Source of the DNA: an uncultured Candidatus Peribacteria bacterium
GTDB lineage: Bacteria; Patescibacteriota; Gracilibacteria; UBA4473
DNA length: 64,000 bases
Assembly (NCBI GenBank): GCA_964509975.1
Contig: CAZDZO010000002.1
Coordinates: 10,759-74,758 of the forward strand
Reading direction: 5' to 3'
Shown: positions 28,245 through 35,713 of the stretch, one piece after another
Layout: each line of letters begins with the position of its first letter
How positions within the stretch are numbered: the stretch's first letter is position 1
The notes under the pieces: model-generated
Seen by the model: the letters and a program-made list of their open reading frames with translations, nothing else
Databases searched by the model: none
Told to the model about the DNA's origin: nothing
Position numbers and translations under genes: made by a program

Positions 28245-28748
28245 TTAGAGTTTTAATGCTCTGATCCAGAGATCAATTAAACTTTCCTTTTTTTCTAAAA
28301 GTTCTTCTAACTTTGTTGATTGAAATTCTGTTCGAAAAAAGTCAGGATCTTTGTCCCCCATTTGAAGTGCGATTTGTCTATCCCCTTTTCCGGAAATTTG
28401 CAGATTAAGAACACTCACTGTCTGATCATATACAAACCAATATCCTTCAAATTTTTCCATTGGAAAGTATTTCTGATCGATAAGAATACCTTTCTCAAAC
28501 ACCATTACTTCATGCTCTTGGTCTCCGTTGCGATGAACCAAAAAATAAACGGCTACCGCTAGGAAAAGGGCAAAAGCCATAATCCAATCCCCTTTTGTCA
28601 GAGCCCAAATAGCACTTCCAAAAAAAACTACACAAAACATGGCAATCCATTTCCATCCTCGTTTGTGCGGATGGTAATTAAGCGCTGTCCAGGAGAAAAC
28701 TTGCTCTCCGGTGATCATTTCTACGGAACGTTCTGGTGTATTGGTCAT
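28245..28748 (-). CDS. small 2-TM membrane protein with C-terminal soluble domain
   Basis: The ATG at 28748 (MTNTPERS) lies downstream of a TGgTATAAT box at 28773-28781, which sits inside the longer listed ORF. The stop is 6 nt before the 817-aa gene ATG. The bPH-like topology is only an inference. Confidence 0.65.
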   Translation of the reverse strand: MTNTPERSVEMITGEQVFSWTALNYHPHKRGWKWIAMFCVVFFGSAIWALTKGDWIMAFALFLAVAVYFLVHRNGDQEHEVMVFEKGILIDQKYFPMEKFEGYWFVYDQTVSVLNLQISGKGDRQIALQMGDKDPDFFRTEFQSTKLEELLEKKESLIDLWIRALKL

Positions 28749-28772
28749 GAAATTTAAATTCAAAATCAGAGA

Positions 28773-28781
28773 ATTATACCA
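28773..28781 (-). promoter_or_regulatory. extended -10 box heading the giant-gene cluster
   Basis: Minus strand TGgTATAATTCTCTGATTTT. The same 20-mer recurs at 47040-47059 (+) and, 17/20, at 60941-60960 (-). Confidence 0.45.
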
Positions 28782-28838
28782 TAGATAAAAGGAAAACACA
28801 AGGGTTTGGGCCGCTTATTTTCGTTGTTATTCTGTTGA

Positions 28839-29777
28839 TTATACCTTCGTCCCTCTTCTTACTAATTTCTGATTGAGATCAAGATTATGCAAGTCACAAT
28901 TTTCATCAATAACACACTGAGAAATATGGCAATTTTCAAGTTTAGCTCCTGGATAGACAATCACATCTGACAACCGGCAGTTTTTTACCACTGTGTTGTC
29001 TCCCAAATACACTTTTCCAGAATATTTATTATTCCAATGATCTCCGTTTCTTCCAGTGCGAAGCGGTTCGGATTGAAGTGCTTTATGCGCTGATAGATAG
29101 GTTTCAAAGCTTCCGACGTCAAACCATTCCCCCCCTACTTGCGTAGCAAGAACAGTCTTTTTTTGTGCAAGGAGTTCTGGAAAAATTCCCCCGAGCGCAT
29201 CTGGTGATTTTTGAGCATATTCATGGAGAATGGGCAGTATGTTTTTTCCAAAAGACATAAATCCTGTCGAAACGAGTGTCGATTTTGGTCGACTTGGTTT
29301 TTCCTCAAATCCAATCACTTTCTCTTTCTGTAATTCTACGACGCCGAATTTCTGCGCCTCATGCAAATCTGCTACCTGCCGAACAGCTATTCTGGCTTCG
29401 TCTTTTGAACAAACGAGATCTTTTATATCCAGTTCTGGAAGTACGTTATCGCCAGCGAAAATGAGAACGTTTTCTTTTATTTTACATTCTTTGAGCGCTA
29501 CTGAAATAGCTCGTAGTGCCCCCAATTTTTCCCCATCGCTGTGCGCATCTTCACAAAAGATATGTACATTTTTTCGTTTTCGCACCTCAAGTTCTTTTTT
29601 GAAATCAGCTTCAAATGCAGAATTAGTTAGAAGATAGGTTTCAATATTCTCAGGAATCTTATCCAGAATATGTGCCAAGATTGTTTTCCCGTTGAGCAGC
29701 AATAACGGCTTTGCTCGTTTTTCTGTTAACGGCCAGAGTCGTGTTGCAAATCCACCGGCAAGAATAAGGGCCTTCAT
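28839..29777 (-). CDS. sugar-1-phosphate nucleotidyltransferase with C-terminal left-handed beta-helix
   Basis: MKALILAGGFATRLWPLTEKRAKPLL signature plus C-terminal hexapeptide-like repeats. The start at 29777 follows TATACT-N7; the longer ORF start (29804) abuts the upstream terminator. Confidence 0.8.
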   Translation of the reverse strand: MKALILAGGFATRLWPLTEKRAKPLLLLNGKTILAHILDKIPENIETYLLTNSAFEADFKKELEVRKRKNVHIFCEDAHSDGEKLGALRAISVALKECKIKENVLIFAGDNVLPELDIKDLVCSKDEARIAVRQVADLHEAQKFGVVELQKEKVIGFEEKPSRPKSTLVSTGFMSFGKNILPILHEYAQKSPDALGGIFPELLAQKKTVLATQVGGEWFDVGSFETYLSAHKALQSEPLRTGRNGDHWNNKYSGKVYLGDNTVVKNCRLSDVIVYPGAKLENCHISQCVIDENCDLHNLDLNQKLVRRGTKV

Positions 29778-29784
29778 CTCAGAG

Positions 29785-29790
29785 AGTATA
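29785..29790 (-). promoter_or_regulatory. -10 box (TATACT) 7 nt upstream of the nucleotidyltransferase ATG
   Basis: Minus strand reads cttATACT... as TATACT-ctctgag-ATG. Confidence 0.35.
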
Positions 29791-29805
29791 AGAATTTTTT
29801 GCATT

Positions 29806-29833
29806 AAAAAAAGCCCCCCGCATTGCGGAGAGC
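29806..29833 (-). terminator. strand-specific intrinsic terminator
   Basis: The minus-strand RNA gcucuccgc-aau-gcggggggc-uuuuuuu forms a 9-bp stem with two G-U pairs. The same positions are C-A mismatches on the plus strand. Confidence 0.7.
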
Positions 29834-29847
29834 TTTTTCATTTCTTT

Positions 29848-30822
29848 TTACCACGGAAGCCACCGGAAGACTCCTCTTTTTTCTTGTACCAGCACCTCTT
29901 GTCCTGCTGTTTCAATGAACATATTTGCATCGAGCCCTGACTTTCGCATTCCCTCCTCAGAACGAGGGGACAAACGTATCTCTTTATCTTTATTACGGAA
30001 TATCTTAAACAACGGAATTCTTACTTTTTCTACTTTTGTTGGAGGCTCCCCATAATCGCCCTCTGTTTTCATTTCCGGAGTATTTTCTCTTCTCTTTTCT
30101 TTTGGAGGCAGTATGTGTGGAAGTTCTGTTTTTCCCTCTTCTCTCAACATAAACTCATCTCGTCCTTCCTGTATCCATCGCTTTTCTCTATCTCCATCCA
30201 TTTCTACTGATTCATAAATCATTTCTTCTTTCTTTTCCTCCATCCATTCTCTTGTTTTTTTATCACGTTTAAAGCGATCTTCTCTCATATCAATGGCTCT
30301 ATCCATTCTTCCTTCTTCTCTCCCCTCAAATTTCTGCTGTAATTGCTCCGCTTTGTCTTTAAGCATTTCGATTTGTCGATAAATCTGCTCAAGCTGTCGT
30401 TTAATATTTTGCATGTACATTTCATTTGATTGCATTTGACCATCTTGTTTCGGAAAAATCATTGGTCTTTTCTGGTCTTTCACAACACACTTCTCGCCTT
30501 CTCCATTTTCATCACAAAAAGGAAGAAATGCCTTATCTTCAAAAGGTCTTTCAAGTGGAGCAATTTGAAGTGGTTCGAATTGATGTGTAGAAGATTGAAC
30601 TGTCTCATCAAAAGGTTTCCCCAACACTGCTCCTGTTCTTTCAGGAATAATATCACTCCTAGCACTATCAAACTTATGAATATTGGATCTTATGTTTTTT
30701 ATTTTCATTGACTCAATAGCAGACGGTGCTTGTCCTATCTCATCCGATTTATATTCATCAGCAAAAGCCAACAGTGGTATCAAGAGAAAACCACAAAGGA
30801 GAACGAGTATTGTTTTTTTCAT
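29848..30822 (-). CDS. hypothetical secreted protein, E/R/K-rich
   Basis: Signal peptide MKKTILVLLCGFLLIPLLAFA. Highly charged C-terminal half. Followed by the terminator at 29806-29833. Confidence 0.6.
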   Translation of the reverse strand: MKKTILVLLCGFLLIPLLAFADEYKSDEIGQAPSAIESMKIKNIRSNIHKFDSARSDIIPERTGAVLGKPFDETVQSSTHQFEPLQIAPLERPFEDKAFLPFCDENGEGEKCVVKDQKRPMIFPKQDGQMQSNEMYMQNIKRQLEQIYRQIEMLKDKAEQLQQKFEGREEGRMDRAIDMREDRFKRDKKTREWMEEKKEEMIYESVEMDGDREKRWIQEGRDEFMLREEGKTELPHILPPKEKRRENTPEMKTEGDYGEPPTKVEKVRIPLFKIFRNKDKEIRLSPRSEEGMRKSGLDANMFIETAGQEVLVQEKRGVFRWLPW

Positions 30823-30950
30823 GTAACAAATTTAAGAGATAAAAAACGACACGCTTATTTATACGCAAGAACTATTTTTTTCTTTCAATTTCAAACGAAG
30901 CATAAAAAAGCAATTCTCATGCTAAAGAACTTCTCTCCCGTGTCAAAATA

Positions 30951-33900
30951 TTATTTCAAAATCTTCTTACACTCTTTCTCTATCCCTTCATCCGTTATTT
31001 CAAAAGGAAGGAGTATCTTTTTATCGAGAATTTTAATTTCTACCTGTATTCCTTCATGTGTTTCATTTTTTTTGAGGAATACCTTAAGTTGATCTACTTT
31101 TTCTTTTGAAGTTCCCTTCGGGATTTCAATGGTAATTTTTTTCTTTTTTACTTCTTTCTTTTCCGCTTCCTCTTCTTTTTCTTCTTGTTGTGCTCGCCAT
31201 TTTCCCACTTCTGATAAATCTCCTATTTTTATTTCGTCTATAATCATATTTAATGTCCCATTTCTTTCTTCAATTTTTCCTCGTACTCGCAAAAAAGCAT
31301 CTACTTCCAAAGCACGCGTGGGAATCCGTTCATGAATTTGTGGGAACACGGCACATTCTATCTTTCCTGAAGTGTCTTCAAGTGCGATGATTGCCATATT
31401 TTTCCCATTACGGGTTACAATTCTTCGAACTTCGGTTACGATTCCATGCATGGTACGCTTCTGTCCCAAATCTTCTGCTTCCGTTAAAGTTCCAATAAGT
31501 ATCCCATATTTAGAAAAATACGACTGTAGCCCCTTGAGTGGATGATCCGAGACAAAAAGCCCCAAACTTTCACGTTCCCAAGCCAGAATATCTTCTTTTG
31601 TAGCTACGGTATTTTTGAGAGCAAATTCAATCGCACTATCATCTATTCCTCCAAACAACCCCACCTGTCCACTGATTGATTTCTCTTGAAATTCTTTGGC
31701 AAACTTCGCCAAATCATCAAGTGAATCTACCACCGCACGCCGATCTCCAAATTCATCCAACGCGCCAGAGAAACCCAACGCTTCGAGCGTTTTCTTATTC
31801 ATAAGTTTTGCTGGAACGCGTTTTGAAAACTCCTGCAAAGATTCAAATCGTCCATTTTCTTTTCGTTCAAAAATAATCTGATTTACCGTTTCTTCTCCAA
31901 CACCCTTGATAGCCGTCAGTCCAAATCGAATTTTTTTTGAATGGACTGGTTTCACGTCTTCCGCTTCTTCGACGATTTCAAGTTGTCCTGCTACTTTTTC
32001 ATCAATGACGGTAAAGTGTGCTCCTGATTGATTAATAGATGGGGGCAACACTTCAATTCCCATGGCTGTACACTCATTCATTTCAAGCACAATTCGATCA
32101 GTGTTATGTCGATCTGTTGTCATCATAGCCGCCATAAATTCCACTGGATAATTCGCTCGCAAGTACGCTGTTTCATAGGCAATACGGGCATAACACACGG
32201 CATGAGACCTGTTAAATCCATATCCCGAGAACGGTACCACAATCTCATCAAAAATCTTGGTAGCGAGTTTTTTGGCAAATCCTTTTTCAACAGCTCCTGA
32301 AATAAATTTTTCTCGTTGTTTTGCCAAAATAGACGCTATTTTCTTCCCAATCGCTTTTCGCAAAATATCCGCCTCTCCCAAAGAAAATCCCGCAAACACC
32401 TGTGCAATTTTTAAAACCTGCTCTTGATACACCGCAATTCCATAGGTTTTTTTGAGAATGGGTTCGAGTACTTCATGTTCATATTTCACTTTTTCTGGAT
32501 TGTGTTTTCCTTCGATATAAACCGGAATATATTCCATTGGTCCCGGACGATAGAGCGCATTCATGGCTACCAAATCTTCAAATTCAGTGGGTTTGAGCTC
32601 CTTGAGATATCGACGCATTCCAGAGGACTCGAATTGAAAGACCCCTGTTGTCTCCCCTTCTGCCATCATTTGAAACGTTTTTGTATCATCAATTGGAATC
32701 TCCAATAAGTTCAGTTCTTCGTCTGAAGTAATTTTAATATTTGCGATTGTCTTTTCGAGTACAGACAAGTTCTTGAGTCCCAAAAAATCCATTTTTAACA
32801 ATCCCAAATGTTCCAACTGTTGATAAGGAAATTGCGTAATTTTGAGTTCTTCTGCCCCAGGTGCCCACTGAATAGGCGTTGAATTGGTCAAATCTTCATG
32901 TCCAATAATTACCGCACAGGCATGCACTGATACATGCCGTACACATCCTTCTAGTTTTTTTGCCAAAGCAAATACTTTACTAAGATTTGGTTTGGCATCC
33001 ACAAGCGCCTTGAAATCTTTATTTTTGGCAGCATCAGCCAACGTAAATCCCGGTCTATTTGGTAATATCTTAGTCAACGCATTCATTTCTGCAAAAGGGA
33101 TTCCCTGTGCTCGTCCAACATCTTTTAACGCGGCCTTAGCCGACATTGTTCCAAATGTACACACTTTTGATACTTTTTCAGCTCCATATTTTTCAACAAC
33201 ATATTGCATCACTTCTTCACGGCGTTCATCGGAAAAATCGATATCAATATCAGGCATCGAAATTCGTTCTGGATTGAGAAATCGTTCAAAGAGCAGCTCG
33301 TACTTAATCGGATCAATATTCGTAATCCCAAGCAAATACGCCACAATCGATCCTGCCGCCGATCCTCGTCCTGGTCCCACGGCAATTTCGTTATTTTTGG
33401 CAAATCGAATAAAGTCCGCCACGATAAGAAAATAGGCATCAAAATGCATTTTTCCAATAACTCCAAGTTCATAATCGAGCCGTTCTAAAATTTCTTGTGA
33501 AATATTTTTTCCGTACCGCCATTCCAATTTCATCTCACAGTCTTTTCGAAGTTGAGAGGCCTCTGTTTCCCCTCTCTCTACGGTAAAATGCGGCAACAAA
33601 TTTTGCCCAAATTCTAATTCGAGATCTATTTCGTCAGCAACTGCTATCGCATTTTTTCGAGCCCGTTCCAATATCTCATCATCGATATAACTGAGCTCTA
33701 GCTCCATTTGCTCAAATGATTTGAAGAAGTTTCCTTCTGCAAATTTTTTACGCCCTGTATCATCGGCTTGCAGGTTTTTTCCAATACAAAAGAGTGTATC
33801 GGCCGCATCCTCATCTTCTTCGTCCATAAATCGTGCATCTGAAGTGATGACTATTTTATTCTTATATTTTTCAGCCAATTCAATCTGAAATTTATTCAGA

Positions 33901-34460
33901 TCTTTTTGATATTCATAATTTCGTGCAATCAGTTCACAAAAAACATTTTCTGCACCAAATGCCGTATTAATTTTTTCAAAGAGTTCTTCTGCCTTTTCTT
34001 TTCCAAATTGATGAAAGGCTTTTCCAACGAGTCCTGAAACCGATCCTGTCAGCAAAATAAGTCCTTCTCTATACTTTTCTAATAACTCAAAATCTACTCG
34101 AGGTTTGTAATAAAACCCTTCTAAATGCGCATGTGAAATAAGTTTCAGGAGATTTTGGTATCCCACCTTATTCTTTGCCAAAACAACAACATGACCTTCT
34201 CTTCCATCAATTCCTGCACGTCTTTCAAATCGAGAGTCTGTCCCCACGAAAAGTTCTGCTCCTAAAATAGGTTTAATTTCTTTCACATTTTCCGCTTGTT
34301 CATAAAAATCAATCAACCCATATCCGGCTCCAGAATCAGTTAATGCCACCGCTGGACATCCAAAACTTTTTGCCTTTTCAAGTACGGCTTTTGGAGAAGC
34401 ACTCCCCTGAAGAAGCGAATAAAAAGAGTGCGTGTGAAGATTCACGAAGGGTTTTGCCAT
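30951..34460 (-). CDS. dnaE: DNA polymerase III alpha subunit
   Basis: PHP-domain N-terminus (FVNLHTHSFYSLLQG), polymerase core, HhH and OB regions. The ATG at 34460 gives a typical N-terminus; the listed ORF start at 34496 is TTG. Confidence 0.95.
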   Translation of the reverse strand: MAKPFVNLHTHSFYSLLQGSASPKAVLEKAKSFGCPAVALTDSGAGYGLIDFYEQAENVKEIKPILGAELFVGTDSRFERRAGIDGREGHVVVLAKNKVGYQNLLKLISHAHLEGFYYKPRVDFELLEKYREGLILLTGSVSGLVGKAFHQFGKEKAEELFEKINTAFGAENVFCELIARNYEYQKDLNKFQIELAEKYKNKIVITSDARFMDEEDEDAADTLFCIGKNLQADDTGRKKFAEGNFFKSFEQMELELSYIDDEILERARKNAIAVADEIDLELEFGQNLLPHFTVERGETEASQLRKDCEMKLEWRYGKNISQEILERLDYELGVIGKMHFDAYFLIVADFIRFAKNNEIAVGPGRGSAAGSIVAYLLGITNIDPIKYELLFERFLNPERISMPDIDIDFSDERREEVMQYVVEKYGAEKVSKVCTFGTMSAKAALKDVGRAQGIPFAEMNALTKILPNRPGFTLADAAKNKDFKALVDAKPNLSKVFALAKKLEGCVRHVSVHACAVIIGHEDLTNSTPIQWAPGAEELKITQFPYQQLEHLGLLKMDFLGLKNLSVLEKTIANIKITSDEELNLLEIPIDDTKTFQMMAEGETTGVFQFESSGMRRYLKELKPTEFEDLVAMNALYRPGPMEYIPVYIEGKHNPEKVKYEHEVLEPILKKTYGIAVYQEQVLKIAQVFAGFSLGEADILRKAIGKKIASILAKQREKFISGAVEKGFAKKLATKIFDEIVVPFSGYGFNRSHAVCYARIAYETAYLRANYPVEFMAAMMTTDRHNTDRIVLEMNECTAMGIEVLPPSINQSGAHFTVIDEKVAGQLEIVEEAEDVKPVHSKKIRFGLTAIKGVGEETVNQIIFERKENGRFESLQEFSKRVPAKLMNKKTLEALGFSGALDEFGDRRAVVDSLDDLAKFAKEFQEKSISGQVGLFGGIDDSAIEFALKNTVATKEDILAWERESLGLFVSDHPLKGLQSYFSKYGILIGTLTEAEDLGQKRTMHGIVTEVRRIVTRNGKNMAIIALEDTSGKIECAVFPQIHERIPTRALEVDAFLRVRGKIEERNGTLNMIIDEIKIGDLSEVGKWRAQQEEKEEEAEKKEVKKKKITIEIPKGTSKEKVDQLKVFLKKNETHEGIQVEIKILDKKILLPFEITDEGIEKECKKILK

Positions 34461-34503
34461 CTCCGTAATTATTAACGAAGAATGAGGAATGAGCAATTAA
34501 AAC

Positions 34504-34519
34504 TGGGATACGTATCCCA
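34504..34519. repeat. 16-nt perfect palindrome TGGGATACGTATCCCA (copy 1 of the GGGATACGTATCC motif)
   Basis: Lies 5 nt downstream of the pilT stop. The core recurs at 59396-59417 and 60996-61017. Confidence 0.7.
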
Positions 34520-34523
34520 ATTC

Positions 34524-35594
34524 TTATTTCACACCATTTGATACCAAGATCGCATTCAATTGATCTTTGTCTTGTGCGTAGTCGTGTGCAATTTCTTTTG
34601 TGATCTTTCCAGAAATAACGAGTCCTGCCAAAGATTGTTCGTATTGCACCATGTATCCAGAAGAATCCGTCTGGAGCACATTTGGAATTTGGAAAATTTT
34701 ATTTTGTCGGATGTAATTCTGAATCGCGTAATTTGAAGTCAAAATTTCGTACGCCAAGGTAAGTCCTTTCCCGTCTGCTGTTGGGACTAATTTTTGAGCA
34801 ATAATCATTTTGAGTGTTGCTGCCAACTGTGATCGAACTTGATCTTGTTGATCCGCTGGGAAAATATCCACAATACGAGTTACCGTTTCTGGACAATTAT
34901 TTGTATGAAGTGTTGAAAACACCACATGTCCGGTTTCAGCCATAGTCAATGCAGCAGAAATAGTTTCGAGGTTTCGCATTTCCCCCACCATTAAAACATC
35001 CGGGTCTTCCCTGAGTCCTGCTTCAATCCCGTCTCGGAAATTGAGAACATCTCGTCCCACTTCTCGTTGCTGAATCACTCCTTTTCCAGATGGAATTAGA
35101 TATTCAATTGGATCTTCAACGGTAATACAGTGTTCTGTTTTATTAGCGATTCGTTCTTGGAGCATAGAAGCCAATGTTGTTGATTTTCCTGTTCCGGTTG
35201 CTCCTACGAGCAAGACAAGTCCTTTGTGCATACTCATAATTCGATCATGCACAAATTTTGGAAATCCAATGGAAGAAAAGTCTCGAATTTCTCGTGGAAT
35301 AATTCGAAAGGAAGCGGCTACTCCAAATTCTTGATGGAAAATATTCCCTCGCAAACGAAGTCCTGCACTCGTTGATGCTAAGAAATCTACTTGTTTCCGT
35401 GTTTTAAAAATCTCTTTATGATCTTCTGTCAAAAAAGGATCCACCATTGCAGAAACATTCTCTGCAGTGAGTTTCTCTTCTCCTATTGGAAGCATCTGTC
35501 CGTTTATACGGAAAAAAATAGGAAGTCCTGGTGAAAAATGCACATCTGAGGCATTTTGTTCTTCTGCGGTTGCGATAATTTTTTCGAAATCCAT
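34524..35594 (-). CDS. pilT: type IV pilus retraction ATPase PilT
   Basis: Walker A GATGTGKSTT. The PilT-type segment VGEMRNLETISAALTMAETGHVVFSTLHTN. 356 aa. Confidence 0.9.
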   Translation of the reverse strand: MDFEKIIATAEEQNASDVHFSPGLPIFFRINGQMLPIGEEKLTAENVSAMVDPFLTEDHKEIFKTRKQVDFLASTSAGLRLRGNIFHQEFGVAASFRIIPREIRDFSSIGFPKFVHDRIMSMHKGLVLLVGATGTGKSTTLASMLQERIANKTEHCITVEDPIEYLIPSGKGVIQQREVGRDVLNFRDGIEAGLREDPDVLMVGEMRNLETISAALTMAETGHVVFSTLHTNNCPETVTRIVDIFPADQQDQVRSQLAATLKMIIAQKLVPTADGKGLTLAYEILTSNYAIQNYIRQNKIFQIPNVLQTDSSGYMVQYEQSLAGLVISGKITKEIAHDYAQDKDQLNAILVSNGVK

Positions 35595-35600
35595 CCCTTA

Positions 35601-35609
35601 ATTGTACCA
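35601..35609 (-). promoter_or_regulatory. extended -10 box (TGgTACAAT) 6 nt upstream of the pilT ATG
   Basis: Minus strand reads taTGgTACAAT-TAAGGG-ATG. Confidence 0.45.
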
Positions 35610-35663
35610 TAAATAAAAGAAAAAAACAAGAGACAAAGAGAAGAAAAATAGAGTTCGAAGCGT

Positions 35664-35692
35664 TTGCTATTTAGACCTTGTTTGAATACAAT
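35664..35692 (+). promoter_or_regulatory. sigma70-type promoter for secA
   Basis: TTGCTA (35664-35669), 17-nt spacer, TACAAT (35687-35692). The predicted TSS lies downstream of the TTG at 35678 and so supports the ATG at 35714. Confidence 0.5.
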
Positions 35693-35713
35693 CCGCGCGA
35701 AAAAGAATTGATC

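Noticed and set aside
35595-35713. Possible replication origin at the divergent pilT/secA region, where the long minus-strand gene run ends
   Set aside because: I found no DnaA-box cluster (TTATCCACA-like). The only near matches in the window are isolated (about 59413-59421 and about 42435-42443). No dnaA or dnaN gene is adjacent. A strand switch alone is not evidence.
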